A DNA stretch of 64,000 nt from an uncultured bacterium (GCA_963793725.1 CAWCAY010000006.1:28478-92477), one strand, 5' to 3'. Numbered from the stretch's first letter, positions 35,497 through 47,686 are shown. Notes: generated by a model not told the origin, from the letters alone. Made by a program: numbers and translations.

Positions 35497-36839
35497 CGCA
35501 CGCCTCCCAGCGGCTGCGAAAGTCAGCGCGTCGATCTTCGCGTCTTCTGCTCCGTCACGCAGAAGCAGGAGACAGTCCGGAAGTTCCGGGTGGGCGAGGC
35601 GACCCAGATCCCGCCGCTGAATCCGTGCTTCCCGGAGGCGCGCTTGCGGGATCGCCGCCGGCTTCTTCGCCACCGGCCACGAACTCGTTGAAGGTCGGTC
35701 CGCCCGAACCGGAGTGCCGCACCCCGGCACCTTGCCCAGGCGTCCCTTGGCGCACGCCGCCTTGCGCAGGTTGTGGGCGCCAGCGCCGCAGTCCCTGCGG
35801 TCCCATGCTCACCAGGTAGATGGTCGCCATGAGGGCGATCAGCGCCTCCGTTGGTGCAGATGTTGGAGGTGGCCTTCTCGCGACGGATGTGCTGCTCCCG
35901 GGTGGCCAGGGTCAGGACGTAGCCCCGGGCGGCCTCCCGATCCACCGTCTGCCCCACCAGGCGGCCCGGCAGGTGGCGCACGTACTGCTCGCGGGTCGCC
36001 AGGAAGCCCAGGGCGGGCCGCCGAATTCATCCCGGTGCCCAGCCCCTGCCCCTCGCCCGGCACCAGGTCCGCGCCGCACTCGCCGGGCGACTTCAGCAGG
36101 CCCAGGGCGATCGGCTCGGCACCACGCCACCAGCAGAGCGCCACCGGCGGCGTGCGCGGCCTCGGCCAGCGGGCAGGTCCTCGACGCCGCCGAAGAAGTT
36201 GGGGTACTGCACCACCAGGCAGGCGGCCGGGGCCGCAGCGCCGCGCTGCACCGCGTCCAGGTCGGTCACACCGGCCTCGCTGGATGCGATCTCGCGGAAG
36301 ACGAGGCCGACCTGCGGGCGCGTAGGTCCGGGCGACTGGCGGTACTCCGGGTGGAGCGCGCGGCCCACCACGACCTCGGTCCGCCCCGTGATCCGGATGC
36401 GCCATCAGGATGGCCTCGGCCGTCGCGGACGCCCCTTCGTACATGGAGGCGTTGCTCACCTCCATCCCGGTGAGCTGGCAGACCAGGGTCTGGTACTCGA
36501 ACAGCGCCTGCAGCGTCCCCTGGGAGATCTCGGGCTGGTACGGCGTGTAGGCGGTGAGGAACTCCGACCGGCCGGTCAGGTGCCGGACGACCGAGGGAAT
36601 GTAGTGGTCGTAGCCCCGCCCCCCATGACGCAGGCCCGCCGGTCGCTCGAGGCGTTGGCCGCCGCGAGGCCGGCCATGTGGGCAGCCAGGCTGGCCTCGT
36701 CCATCGGCTCGGGCAGATCGAGGGGGCGTCCCAGTCGGTATTCGGCCGGGATCGGCACGAAGAGTTCCTCGGGAGCGCCCAGGCCCACCTCGGCCAGCAT
36801 CCGCTCCCTGGTCGTCCGGTCGTTCGGGATGTATCGCAT
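35497..36839 (-). pseudogene. gcvPA: Glycine dehydrogenase (decarboxylating) subunit 1, heavily frame-broken; the 3' boundary is approximate
   Basis: ATG 36839 opens [36 protein letters not shown]. Later blocks in other frames are: [25 protein letters not shown] (from the reverse-strand reading); [24 protein letters not shown]; [26 protein letters not shown]; ATSNICT; [18 protein letters not shown]. Confidence 0.8.
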
Positions 36840-36846
36840 GGCCGCG

Positions 36847-37242
36847 TCAGTGTTTGGCCGCTTCCTCGGCCACGTAGGCCGCGTAGGCCGCGGCGTCGAG
36901 CAGCGACTCCAGTTCGCCCGGGTTCTTCATCGTCACGGCGATCAGCCAGCCCGCCCCGTGGGGGTCCTGGTTGATCAGTTCCGGCTTGGCCGTCGCGGCG
37001 GCGTTCAGCCGGGTCACCGTGCCGGAGACGGGGGCGTACAGGTCCGACACCGCCTTGACCGACTCGATGGCCCCGAAGGTCTTCATCTGGGTGATCTCCG
37101 TGCCCGGCTTCGGCAGGTCGAGGAAGACGATGTCGCCGAGTTCGTCCTGGGCATGGTGGGTGATGCCGATGACCGCCTCCGAGCCCTCGATTCGGACCCA
37201 CTCGTGCTCCTTGGTGTAGCGCCGGTCCTTGGGATATTCCAT
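36847..37242 (-). CDS. gcvH: Glycine cleavage system H protein
   Basis: YTKEHEWVR..GITHHAQDELGDIVFLDLP..ESVKAVSDLYAPVSG (lipoyl-lysine motif). Intact at 131 aa. Confidence 0.96.
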   Translation of the reverse strand: MEYPKDRRYTKEHEWVRIEGSEAVIGITHHAQDELGDIVFLDLPKPGTEITQMKTFGAIESVKAVSDLYAPVSGTVTRLNAAATAKPELINQDPHGAGWLIAVTMKNPGELESLLDAAAYAAYVAEEAAKH

Positions 37243-37278
37243 GGTCTCCTCCTTGTCGTGCTTCGTTGGGATGAATGG

Positions 37279-38388
37279 TCAGCGGGCGCGGGCGCCCCGG
37301 TGGAATGGTGGCTTGACCACCCGGGCGGCCGCCTCCCGGCCGCGGATGACGACGCTGACGACGGTGCCGGGACGGACATGCTCCGACGGCAGGAAGCCGA
37401 GCCCGATCCCCTCGCGGAGTGTGGGCGAGAGCGTGCCGCTGGTCAGGACCCCGACCGGCTCGCCGTCGACGCGCAGTTCGTATCCCCGGCGCGGCACCCC
37501 CGGCTCGGTCATCCTGATGCCGACGATCTGGCGGCTGACCCCTTCCATCCGCTGCCGCTGGAGCGCCTCGCGGCCGATGAAGTCGCCCTTCTCCATGTGG
37601 GTGATCCAGGCGAGACCCACCTCGAGCGGGGTGACCGTGTCGTCCATGTCCTGGCCGTGGAGCAGGTAGCCCATTTCCAGCCGGAGCGTGTCCCGGGCTC
37701 CCAGCCCGCAGGGCGTCAGCTTCCCCTCGCCGGCGGCCATGAGCGCCTCCCACAACCCGACCGCCCGGTCCGCGGCGACGAACAGCTCGAAGCCGTCCTC
37801 GCCGGTGTAGCCCGTCCGGGAGACGATCGCCGGGACGCCGGCCACGGTCGACTCGACCAGGTGATGGTCCTCGACCGGGCCCAGGTCGGCCTCGCACAGG
37901 GAGCCGACCAGGCCCGCAGCCGCCGGCCCCTGCACCGCCAGCAGGGCGGTTTCATCCGAGCGGTCGGTCAGCTCGACCCCGGGGAACCGCCTCATCTGCT
38001 CCCGGAACCAGGCCAGGTCGCGGGCGGCGTTGGCCGCGTTGGCGCAGATCATGTAGCGGTCCGGCGCCAGGGCGGAGACGAGCAGGTCGTCGATGATCCC
38101 GCCGCCGAAGTTCAGGATGGCCGAGTCCTGGACCCGGCCGGGGTGGAGCTTGGAGACGTCGTTGAGGGTGACATACTGCAGCGCCTCGGCGGCCCCGGGT
38201 CCCTCGACCAGGAACTCGCCCATGTGGCTGGCGTCGAAAATCCCGGCCCGGTTGCGGACCGCCTCATGCTCCTCAATGATGCCGCTGAACTGCACCGGCA
38301 TCTCCCACCCGCCGAAGGGGACCAGCCGGGCTCCGTGGCGGGCGTAGACGGGGTGCAAGGGAGTGCGGCGGAGGGAAGTCTCGTTCAT
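37279..38388 (-). CDS. gcvT: Glycine cleavage system aminomethyltransferase T
   Basis: RRTPLHPVYARHGARLVPFGGWEMPVQF..SRTGYTGEDGFELF. Intact at 369 aa. Confidence 0.96.
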   Translation of the reverse strand: MNETSLRRTPLHPVYARHGARLVPFGGWEMPVQFSGIIEEHEAVRNRAGIFDASHMGEFLVEGPGAAEALQYVTLNDVSKLHPGRVQDSAILNFGGGIIDDLLVSALAPDRYMICANAANAARDLAWFREQMRRFPGVELTDRSDETALLAVQGPAAAGLVGSLCEADLGPVEDHHLVESTVAGVPAIVSRTGYTGEDGFELFVAADRAVGLWEALMAAGEGKLTPCGLGARDTLRLEMGYLLHGQDMDDTVTPLEVGLAWITHMEKGDFIGREALQRQRMEGVSRQIVGIRMTEPGVPRRGYELRVDGEPVGVLTSGTLSPTLREGIGLGFLPSEHVRPGTVVSVVIRGREAAARVVKPPFHRGARAR

Positions 38389-39019
38389 CTACGCTCTCCG
38401 TTGGTTGATGGCGTTCACCACTGTCGACAGAAGTCCTGCCGCGGCCCCCCGCGGATCGGAAGTCCGGAAGACGGCCGAGATGACGGCCACCGAGTCGGCC
38501 CCGGCGGCAACCACCGCCGCCGCGTTTCCCGGTCCGATCCCGCCGATGGCCACCACCGGGATGGTCACCGCCCGCCGCACCCGGGACACGGCCTCGAGCC
38601 CGACCGGCGCGAGGCCCGCCTTGACCGGCGTGGCGAAGACCGGTCCGATGGCGACATAGTCGGCCCCGGCCGCCTCGGCCGCCCTGGCCTCGTCGGCGTC
38701 GGCAACCGACACTCCCACCACGGCGGCGGGAAGAAGCCGGCGCGCGTCCGCCGGGTGGGCGTCGCTGCCGCCGACGTGCACGCCGTCGGCGCCCAGGATC
38801 CGGGCGATGTCGGGGCGGTCGTTGACGATGAACAGCGCCCCCCCCTCGCGGCACACGGCGGCCATGGCCCGGCCCTCCGCCAGCAGCCGCTCGTCGGGCG
38901 CGTCCTTCAGCCGGAGCTGGACCGCCCCCGCGCCCCCCGCCACCACCAGCCGCGCCTGCTGCTCCAGGGGCATGTCGAGGGCGGGATCGGGTATGGCGTA
39001 GAGCCTGGCCGAACCCGCG

Positions 39020-39030
<11 letters not shown>
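38389..39030 (-). CDS. thiE: Thiamine-phosphate synthase
   Basis: [55 protein letters not shown]. Its stop abuts the gcvT start. Confidence 0.9.
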
Positions 39031-40409
<1,379 letters not shown>

Positions 40410-40430
40410 TACCTGTCCCCCGCCGGCGCC

Positions 40431-40894
<464 letters not shown>

Positions 40895-40912
40895 CCGTTC
40901 ACCGCCATTCCC

Positions 40913-42016
40913 TCATGAGGTGATCGATCGCATGGTGGCGCCCGTCGGCAAGGCGCGGGTCATGACTTCCCGGCCGTCCCCGGTGACCAGGGCCATGTCC
41001 TCGATGCGGACACCGCCGACACCCGGCAGATAGACGCCCGGTTCGACGGTGACCACCATCCCCGGCCGGAGGATCTCCTTCCCGCCGGACCAGAGGTTCG
41101 GGCCCTCGTGGACGTCGAGACCCACCCCGTGGCCGGTGCCGTGGCCGAAAGCGTCGCCCTTTCCGGCGCCGGCGATGATCTCCCTGGCCGCGCGGTCGAC
41201 CTCGGCCGCCGAAACGCCGTCGCGGACGGTCGCCAGGGCGGCCCGCTGGGCATCATACACCAGGCGGTGGATGTTGGCAATTTCGTCACCGGGGGGCCCC
41301 AGGGAGACCGTCCGGGTCATGTCGACCGCATACCCTTCGCCCGACGAGCCGAAGTCGATCACCACCGCGTCGCCCCGGCGCATCTTTCTCCGCCCGGGGT
41401 GGTGGTGCGGCAGGGCCGAGTTTGGCCCCGCGGCGACGATGATGTCGAACGGCGGCGGACCCGACCCCCGGCGGCGCATGATCAGCATCAGTTCCAGGGC
41501 CGCCTGTTCCTCGGTCACGCTGGGGTGCAGGGTGGCCAGGAATTCCTCCAGCGACGCGGCGGCGATCCGGATCAGCCGCCTCATGATGGCGATCTCGACG
41601 GCGTCCTTGACCCGGCGGATTTCCTCGACCAGTCCGTCGGTCATCCGGAGGCGCCGCCCCCGGGCAACTCCGCGTAGCCGCGCGGCAAAGGCGGCCGTGA
41701 CCGTCGCCTCGTACCCCAGGGTGCCCGGCCCCGCTTCCCGCAGCAGGCCGCCCAGCCACCGGTCGGATCCTCCCTGCTGCTCGACGCGGGCGAAGCCGGC
41801 CACCTCCCCGTCGGCCAGCAGCCGGTAGCGGAAGTCGGTCAGGAACCAGGCCCGGTCATGCCCCAGCAGGAGGGCGCCGGCCCCGCCGGAGAAACCGCTC
41901 AGGTAGCGAACGTTGCGCAGGTTGGTGACCAGCAGGAGATCGAGCCCGCGGCCGGCCATGGCCGAACGGACCGCTGCAAGGCGCGCGGCCCGCGGATCGG
42001 GCCGGGCACGCCCCAT
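40913..42016 (-). CDS. Xaa-Pro aminopeptidase (M24 family)
   Basis: A creatinase-like N-domain is followed by DFGSSGEGYAVDMTRT..GHGTGHGVGLDVHE..GMVVTVEPGVY..GVRIED. Confidence 0.88.
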   Translation of the reverse strand: MGRARPDPRAARLAAVRSAMAGRGLDLLLVTNLRNVRYLSGFSGGAGALLLGHDRAWFLTDFRYRLLADGEVAGFARVEQQGGSDRWLGGLLREAGPGTLGYEATVTAAFAARLRGVARGRRLRMTDGLVEEIRRVKDAVEIAIMRRLIRIAAASLEEFLATLHPSVTEEQAALELMLIMRRRGSGPPPFDIIVAAGPNSALPHHHPGRRKMRRGDAVVIDFGSSGEGYAVDMTRTVSLGPPGDEIANIHRLVYDAQRAALATVRDGVSAAEVDRAAREIIAGAGKGDAFGHGTGHGVGLDVHEGPNLWSGGKEILRPGMVVTVEPGVYLPGVGGVRIEDMALVTGDGREVMTRALPTGATMRSITS

Positions 42017-42456
42017 CAGGGCCGGTCCGACAGGCGTCCGACGAGGCCCCGCAGGGCCAGCAGGTAGACGGCCGGGCCGAGGCCGGAGACCATCCCCACG
42101 GCCGCCTCGGCGGTCACCGAGCGACGCCGGTACTCCTCCCGGGCATGGATGTTGGCCAGGTGGACCTCGACCGTCGGCAGGGAGACGGACCGGATGGCGT
42201 CGGCCAGGGATATGCTGGTGTGGGTCAGCCCGCCCGGGTTGATGATGACGCCATCGGCGTTCCCCCGCGCCCGGTGCAGGGCGTCGATCAGCTCACCCTC
42301 GTGATTCGACTGCAGGAACTCGAGTTCGACGCCCAGGGTGGCGGCCTCGGTCTCCAGGTCGCGGTTGATCTGCTCGAGCGTGGTCGTGCCGTATATGGCC
42401 GGTTCGCGCACACCCAGGAGATTCAGGTTGGGGCCGTTCAGGACGAGGATTTTCAC
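42016..42456 (-). CDS. aroQ: Type II 3-dehydroquinate dehydratase
   Basis: MKILVLNGPNLNLLGVREPAIYG..QSNHEGELID..IINPGGLTHTS..VEVHLANIHAREE. Confidence 0.96.
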   Translation of the reverse strand: MKILVLNGPNLNLLGVREPAIYGTTTLEQINRDLETEAATLGVELEFLQSNHEGELIDALHRARGNADGVIINPGGLTHTSISLADAIRSVSLPTVEVHLANIHAREEYRRRSVTAEAAVGMVSGLGPAVYLLALRGLVGRLSDRP

Positions 42457-42497
42457 TGCCGCCTCCGATGCCCGGTCGTCTTGGGGGAGTCCCGCGG

Positions 42498-42860
42498 TCA
42501 GCGGGCGAAATCAGCCGCCGTGGCGGCGATGGTCTGGCACATGCGCCACACCCCTTCGCCGTGGAAGCCGCCGGGATTCATGGCCAGAGCCAGGAAGTAG
42601 TCGTCGTTGATCCGCCGGAAGAGGTAGCGGTGCCGGTCGGTCAGGACAGACAGCTCCTTGAGCGAGCCGTCGCCGACCGAGTCGGCCATCCCCGCGGCCG
42701 AGCGGAACGCCTGCATCATCTCCACGAAGGCCATCTCCAGGTCGTGCTGGCCCGGCGCCTCGGCCCGCTCGACCACCAGCCCGTCCTTGTCCATGATGAA
42801 CAGGCCGACACAGCCGCGTGTCCGCGACAGCACCCGGTCCAACTCGCTCTTCAGGTCCAT
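42498..42860 (-). CDS. Roadblock/LC7 (MglB-like) domain protein
   Basis: MDLKSELDRVLSRTRGCVGLFIMDKDGLVVE..LKELSVLTDRHRYLFRRINDDYFLALAM. ATG 42860 avoids overlap with the upstream stop at 42851; ATG 42893 is an alternative. Confidence 0.7.
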   Translation of the reverse strand: MDLKSELDRVLSRTRGCVGLFIMDKDGLVVERAEAPGQHDLEMAFVEMMQAFRSAAGMADSVGDGSLKELSVLTDRHRYLFRRINDDYFLALAMNPGGFHGEGVWRMCQTIAATAADFAR

Positions 42861-44188
42861 GTCAGTACCCTTGTCTTGAGTCTGGTGAGCCATTCCTGGA
42901 GGGTGTGGAGCGCCTCGACCTCCCGCGCCGAGCGTGCCGGCGCGACCGCCACGGGTTCGGTCTTCGTGTCCTCCCCCGCCGCCGCCCCGGAACTCATGCG
43001 CCGCTCGATCTCCCGGATGCGCTCCCCGATCCTGGGGTCGGCGGGCCGGGTCTTCGCCAACTCGCGGTAGATGCCCAGGGACTCGGTCAGCAGCCCCTGC
43101 TGGAAGTATATCTCGGCCATGGTCTCGGTCCGCACCCCTTCCCCCGGGGGGACGGTCTCCGCAGCCGTTTCGGGCATATCATCGAACCGCGGCCGGCCGA
43201 AGACGTACGAGTCCTCCTCGGCAATCTCCTCGGAAACCTCCTTGGCCGGTTCGGCGGCCGCCACCGGTTCCCAGGCCGGCCGGGGTGGCGGGGCGGGTTC
43301 CGCCGGCGCTTCCTCGGGCGCCAGCAGATCGGGCAGGGGCTCGAGCGGCTGCGGCGGCTCGTACTCGCTGAAGGCCGCGTCGAAGATCCCGTCATCGCCG
43401 AAGACCGGCTCCGGAGTGGACGGTTCGTGACGGCGCGAGAGTTCCGGCTGGTGGATCATTTCCTGATCGGTCATCACCTCCAGGACCGGCTGCTCCTCTC
43501 CGGGCGCGGCGAGTTCCTCCACGTGACGATGGCGCTCCATCACCCCCTCCATCGGCGCGTCGGAGGGGGGACGGGGAACGGTCGCCGCCTTCGGAGGCGG
43601 AGGCGGGGGAGGGGGAACCGGAGCCGGCTTCGCCCGGACCGGCGGGGACGGTGACGGTGGCGGCGCCAGAGCCGGAGCCGTGACGCTCGCCGGGACGGGC
43701 CGTGGCGGAGACGGCTTTGTCGGGGGCGTCCCCGGACGATCGGGGGCGATGGCCTGCAGGCGCATCCGGGACTGCTCGTCCCGCGGATCGAGCAGGGCCA
43801 CCATCTTGAGCGACTTGGCCGCGTCGGGGAGCCTTCCTTCCCCCTGGTAAATCTCAGCCAGGTGCCGGTGGGCCATCAGATTGTCGGGTGCAGCCTTGAC
43901 CACCTGCTCGAACTCGGCCTTGGCCTTCTGGCGATCGCCCGAGTCGAAGTAGGCCCTGGCCAGCGCGGACCGGCCACTCAGGTAGTGGGGAAAATTCCTG
44001 AGGCCCTCTTCGGCCACCCGGATGGCGTCCTGGAGGCGCCCCGCCTTGCGATAGGCTTCAGCCAGCAGCGCGAACGCCCGGGACTTGGGGTCCTGGGCGA
44101 TGGCTGCCTCGTACTTGGTGATCTCCGCCGCCAGGGCACCGTCCCGCTCCGCCGCGGGTTCGTTCCCGCGGACGTGATCGGCACACAC
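42851..44188 (-). CDS. TPR-repeat protein with a long Pro-rich/acidic central region
   Basis: N-terminal TPRs (AYRKAGRLQDAIRVAEEGL..ARAYFDSGDRQKAKAEFEQVV) are followed by a ~200-residue P/E/A-rich segment. A C-terminal TPR-like helix pair follows (EIYFQQGLLTESLGIYRELA). Intact at 445 aa; the exact start is uncertain. Confidence 0.65.
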   Translation of the reverse strand: MCADHVRGNEPAAERDGALAAEITKYEAAIAQDPKSRAFALLAEAYRKAGRLQDAIRVAEEGLRNFPHYLSGRSALARAYFDSGDRQKAKAEFEQVVKAAPDNLMAHRHLAEIYQGEGRLPDAAKSLKMVALLDPRDEQSRMRLQAIAPDRPGTPPTKPSPPRPVPASVTAPALAPPPSPSPPVRAKPAPVPPPPPPPPKAATVPRPPSDAPMEGVMERHRHVEELAAPGEEQPVLEVMTDQEMIHQPELSRRHEPSTPEPVFGDDGIFDAAFSEYEPPQPLEPLPDLLAPEEAPAEPAPPPRPAWEPVAAAEPAKEVSEEIAEEDSYVFGRPRFDDMPETAAETVPPGEGVRTETMAEIYFQQGLLTESLGIYRELAKTRPADPRIGERIREIERRMSSGAAAGEDTKTEPVAVAPARSAREVEALHTLQEWLTRLKTRVLTWT

Positions 44189-44259
44189 TACCGTCGACCC
44201 ATGGGCTTATCGCTCCCGCATCCGCCGCGCGCCGGGCTGATCCAGCCGATCAGCCGGCC

Positions 44260-44811
44260 CTACAGCAACTCGACTGTGACTTCCCGCTCCAGGCTCTGCT
44301 CCTGGCCACCGCTGGTGTTGTAGTAGAAGGTTACCTTGCAGTTGACCAAGAACGGAGTCGAAGGGTACTGTCCCTTGTTGTTGTACATCTGGCGGGTCTG
44401 CTCCAGGGACCAGAGGGAAACAGGCACCTGGATCTTCTCGGAACCGGTGATCAGGCTTCCCTTGTCGGCCGCCGGGATGTCCACGGCCATCGTCTGGTAG
44501 TGGTTCGGAATGGCCGGGCCCCTGGGGGGGGTGTACTCGACGATCATCCGGTTCAACCGCACGCGGTTGAGCGAGTAGTTGATGAAGGTGAACTCGACGT
44601 CGATCACATTGGCCGTCGACTCGGCATTGGAGATGTACACCCTCGGCAAGGCACATTCCTTCGCGTCACCAACGCCGGCATCGTCATAGACGATGCACAG
44701 CATCTCGGTGATGTCGACCGGCCCGCCGTAGTCGCTGCTGTCCGTGCAACCCAGGTAGAAGGGCGACGTGACGACAAGGAATACGAGACATGCCCTGATC
44801 AGCCGCTTCAT
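44260..44811 (-). CDS. Lipoprotein of unknown function
   Basis: MKRLIRACLVFLVVTSPFYLGC is a lipobox. 183 aa. Composition is less GC-rich than its neighbours. An 8-bp hairpin (44235-44255) follows the stop. Confidence 0.6.
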   Translation of the reverse strand: MKRLIRACLVFLVVTSPFYLGCTDSSDYGGPVDITEMLCIVYDDAGVGDAKECALPRVYISNAESTANVIDVEFTFINYSLNRVRLNRMIVEYTPPRGPAIPNHYQTMAVDIPAADKGSLITGSEKIQVPVSLWSLEQTRQMYNNKGQYPSTPFLVNCKVTFYYNTSGGQEQSLEREVTVELL

Positions 44812-44824
44812 GCTCTCCCCCTTT

Positions 44825-45943
44825 TCAGCGCCGTCTCACCGGCGTTTCGATGATCTCCTCGCGGAGCGCCGCCACCACCTCCGGCGCGGACAACCCCTCG
44901 ATGACCTTAGCACTCCCGATTCGCGGTGTCAATATGAATCTTGATACTCCCTGCCTGAATTTCTTGTCCAACTTCAATGAGTTAACGACCTTTTCCAAAG
45001 GTATGTCTGAAATAGTGGTCGGTAACCCCATGCGATTCAGCAGAATTATCTGCCGATCTCGGCACCTGCGGCTGCACACTCCCAGGCGGGCGGACAGCCG
45101 GGCCGCAGCGGCCATGCCGATCGACACCGCCTCCCCGTGGCGGAGGCGCTCGAATTCTCCGGCGGCCTCGACGGCGTGCCCCAGGGTATGCCCGTAGTTC
45201 AGCAGGATTCGCCTGCCCCTCTCCTCCCTCGGGTCGCGGGAGACCAGGGTGATCTTCACCGCCGCCGCTCGGACAACCATCTCGTCGACCATCGCCGGGT
45301 CCCTGGCAAGCACCCGGTCGAGGTCCTGCTCCAGCAGCTCGAACAGCCGGCGGTCGCCGATGCAAGCCGAGCGGACCACCTCGGCCAGCCCGGCCCGATA
45401 GTCGCGCTCGGGAAGCCGGTCGAGAAGCGAGGTGTCGGCCAGGACCAGGCGCGGCTGGTGGAAGACGCCGAGGACGTTCTTGGCTCTCGGGTGATTGATA
45501 GCCGTCTTTCCGCCGATGGACGAGTCGACCATGGCCGTCAGGGTGGTCGGGACCTGGACCACATCGATGCCCCGCATGTACGTCCCGGCGGCATAGCCGG
45601 CCGCGTCGCCGACGCTCCCCCCGCCCAACGCGCAGACCATCGACTGCCGGTCGAAGCCGGCTTCGACGAAGGCATCGTGCAACGCGGCGACCGCCCCGGC
45701 GGTCTTGGCCTCCTCCCCCTCCGGCAGGCGGTGGAGCAGGGGCTTTCGGCCGGCCTTTCCGAGGGAGGAAAGGAAGGTGTCGACGATCGGGGCGGGAATG
45801 CCTGCCTGGGTCACGACCATCACCCGGCTGCCCCGCATTATTTTGGCCACGGCCCCGCCCGACCGGCCCAGGAGGCCCCGGCCGATCAGCACGTCGTAGG
45901 GGGCTTCCCTCAGTTTCAGGGTCAGGCACGTCCGGTTCGTCAC
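44825..45943 (-). CDS. aroB: 3-dehydroquinate synthase
   Basis: GTG 45943 overlaps the aroK stop (GTGA). Motifs are GGGSVGDAAGYAA, VQVPTTLTAMVDSSIGGKTAINH and LNYGHTLGHAVE. Confidence 0.93.
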   Translation of the reverse strand: MTNRTCLTLKLREAPYDVLIGRGLLGRSGGAVAKIMRGSRVMVVTQAGIPAPIVDTFLSSLGKAGRKPLLHRLPEGEEAKTAGAVAALHDAFVEAGFDRQSMVCALGGGSVGDAAGYAAGTYMRGIDVVQVPTTLTAMVDSSIGGKTAINHPRAKNVLGVFHQPRLVLADTSLLDRLPERDYRAGLAEVVRSACIGDRRLFELLEQDLDRVLARDPAMVDEMVVRAAAVKITLVSRDPREERGRRILLNYGHTLGHAVEAAGEFERLRHGEAVSIGMAAAARLSARLGVCSRRCRDRQIILLNRMGLPTTISDIPLEKVVNSLKLDKKFRQGVSRFILTPRIGSAKVIEGLSAPEVVAALREEIIETPVRRR

Positions 45944-46461
45944 GGCCGTTCCTCCGCCAGGCGGCCCAGAATCTCCCCGGCGATGTCGTCCGGCGTCCGC
46001 CCGTCGGCGTCGATGACCAGGCCGGCCCGCAGGTACCATGCTTCGCGTTCGGCGATCAGCCGGTCGATCCCCACGGCCGACACCTTCCCATCGGCGCCCC
46101 GGGGAAGCAGGGGCCGCCGGCTGTCGGCGGCCAGGCGCGCGGCGGCCGTCCCGGCCGAAACCCGCAGGTAGGCCATCGTCCCCGTTCGGGCGATGAGCGA
46201 CATGACTTCCTCGCGGCAGGGGGCGCCTCCGCCCAGGGCGATCACCGCCTCCCCCTCCCCGGTGGCCCGCTCAAGCGCCGCCAACTCGCGGGCGCGGAAG
46301 GCGGCTTCACCCTCGCGGGCGAAGATGTCTGGAATTTCCATGCCGGCCTCCCGGGCCACCTCCTCGTCCAGGTCGACGAAGGGACGTCCTGTCAGCGCGG
46401 CCAGCCGGCGCCCAACGGTGCTCTTGCCGCTGCCCATCATGCCGCACAGGAATATGGTCAT
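45940..46461 (-). CDS. aroK: Shikimate kinase
   Basis: MTIFLCGMMGSGKSTVGRRLA..FVDLDEEV, starting at ATG 46461. The upstream part of the ORF overlaps aroC. Confidence 0.92.
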   Translation of the reverse strand: MTIFLCGMMGSGKSTVGRRLAALTGRPFVDLDEEVAREAGMEIPDIFAREGEAAFRARELAALERATGEGEAVIALGGGAPCREEVMSLIARTGTMAYLRVSAGTAAARLAADSRRPLLPRGADGKVSAVGIDRLIAEREAWYLRAGLVIDADGRTPDDIAGEILGRLAEERP

Positions 46462-46466
46462 CCGGG

Positions 46467-47636
46467 TTAGCCGGACAGGCGGGAGAGGTAGTGCCGGTGA
46501 GCCGCCAGCGCGTCGTCGAGGGTGTCCCCGCCGAACTTCTCCAGGACCGCCGACGCGATCACCAGGCAGCACATCGCCTCGGCCACAACCGCCGCGGCCG
46601 GCACGGCACAGACATCCGAGCGCTCGAAGGCCGCCGGCGCCGCCTCTCCGGTGAGGATGTCGACCGAGGCGATCGGCGCCCCCAGGGTGGGGATCGGCTT
46701 CATCGCCCCCCTGACCAGCAACTCCTCGCCGGTGGTCATCCCGCCCTCCAGCCCGCCGGCGTTGTTGGTCCGGCGGCGAAACCGCCAGGGGACCTGGGCA
46801 TCGGCCACCACGATCTCGTCGTGGCAGACGGAACCCCGGCGCGATGCGGCGGCGAAGCCGAGCCCGATCTCCACCCCCTTGACCGCCGGGATCGACATGA
46901 CCGCCCCGGCCAGGGTTGCGTCGAGGCGGCGGTCCCAGTGGACGTGGCTGCCGAGGCCGGGAGGCAGGCCCGAGGCCCGCACGCTGAACTCCCCGCCGAG
47001 GGTGTCGCCGTCGGCGGCGGCCCGGTCGATCTCCCCGACCATCGCCGCCGTGAGGCGCTCATCGGGGCAGCGGACCGATGACTGTTCGATCCGCTCCCGG
47101 GTCACCCCGCCGGTCATCTCCCCGGCGACGCCGCCGATGCGGGTCACCCACGAGACGACGTCGATGCCGAAAGCCTCCAGGAACGACCGGCAGACCGCCC
47201 CGGCCGCCACCCTGGTCACCGTCTCGCGGGCCGAGGCCCGTTCGAGCACATCCCGCAGGTCGCGACGGTCGTACTTCATCCCGCCCGCCAGGTCGGCGTG
47301 CCCGGGACGGGGGCGGGTCACCTGCCGGTCCGGCGTGCCGGTCACCGGCTCGGGCGACATGGTCCTCGACCAGTTCTCCCAGTCGCGGTTGCGGACCTGC
47401 AGCGTGACCGGCGAGCCGATGGTCAGCCCGTGCCGGACTCCCGAGAGGATCTCCACGGCATCCGTCTCGATCTTCATCCGCCCGCCCCGGCCGTGCCCAG
47501 CCCGGCGGCGGGCGAGGTCGCGCGAGAGAATGCCGGTGTCGAGCCTGATCCCCGCCGGCAGCCCTTCGACGATCACCGTCTGCCCGGGGCCGTGCGACTC
47601 CCCGGCCGTCAGCACCCGCAACCGTTCATGCCACAC
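46467..47636 (-). CDS. aroC: Chorismate synthase
   Basis: RVLTAGESHGPG..RRRAGHGRGGRMKIE..RPGHADLAG..ERSDVCAVPAA. GTG start. Intact at 389 aa. Confidence 0.96.
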   Translation of the reverse strand: MWHERLRVLTAGESHGPGQTVIVEGLPAGIRLDTGILSRDLARRRAGHGRGGRMKIETDAVEILSGVRHGLTIGSPVTLQVRNRDWENWSRTMSPEPVTGTPDRQVTRPRPGHADLAGGMKYDRRDLRDVLERASARETVTRVAAGAVCRSFLEAFGIDVVSWVTRIGGVAGEMTGGVTRERIEQSSVRCPDERLTAAMVGEIDRAAADGDTLGGEFSVRASGLPPGLGSHVHWDRRLDATLAGAVMSIPAVKGVEIGLGFAAASRRGSVCHDEIVVADAQVPWRFRRRTNNAGGLEGGMTTGEELLVRGAMKPIPTLGAPIASVDILTGEAAPAAFERSDVCAVPAAAVVAEAMCCLVIASAVLEKFGGDTLDDALAAHRHYLSRLSG

Positions 47637-47686
47637 GCTCGTCCCTCCCCTTCTAGTGGATCGTCACGGGGTCCTGGCGCCTCTCA

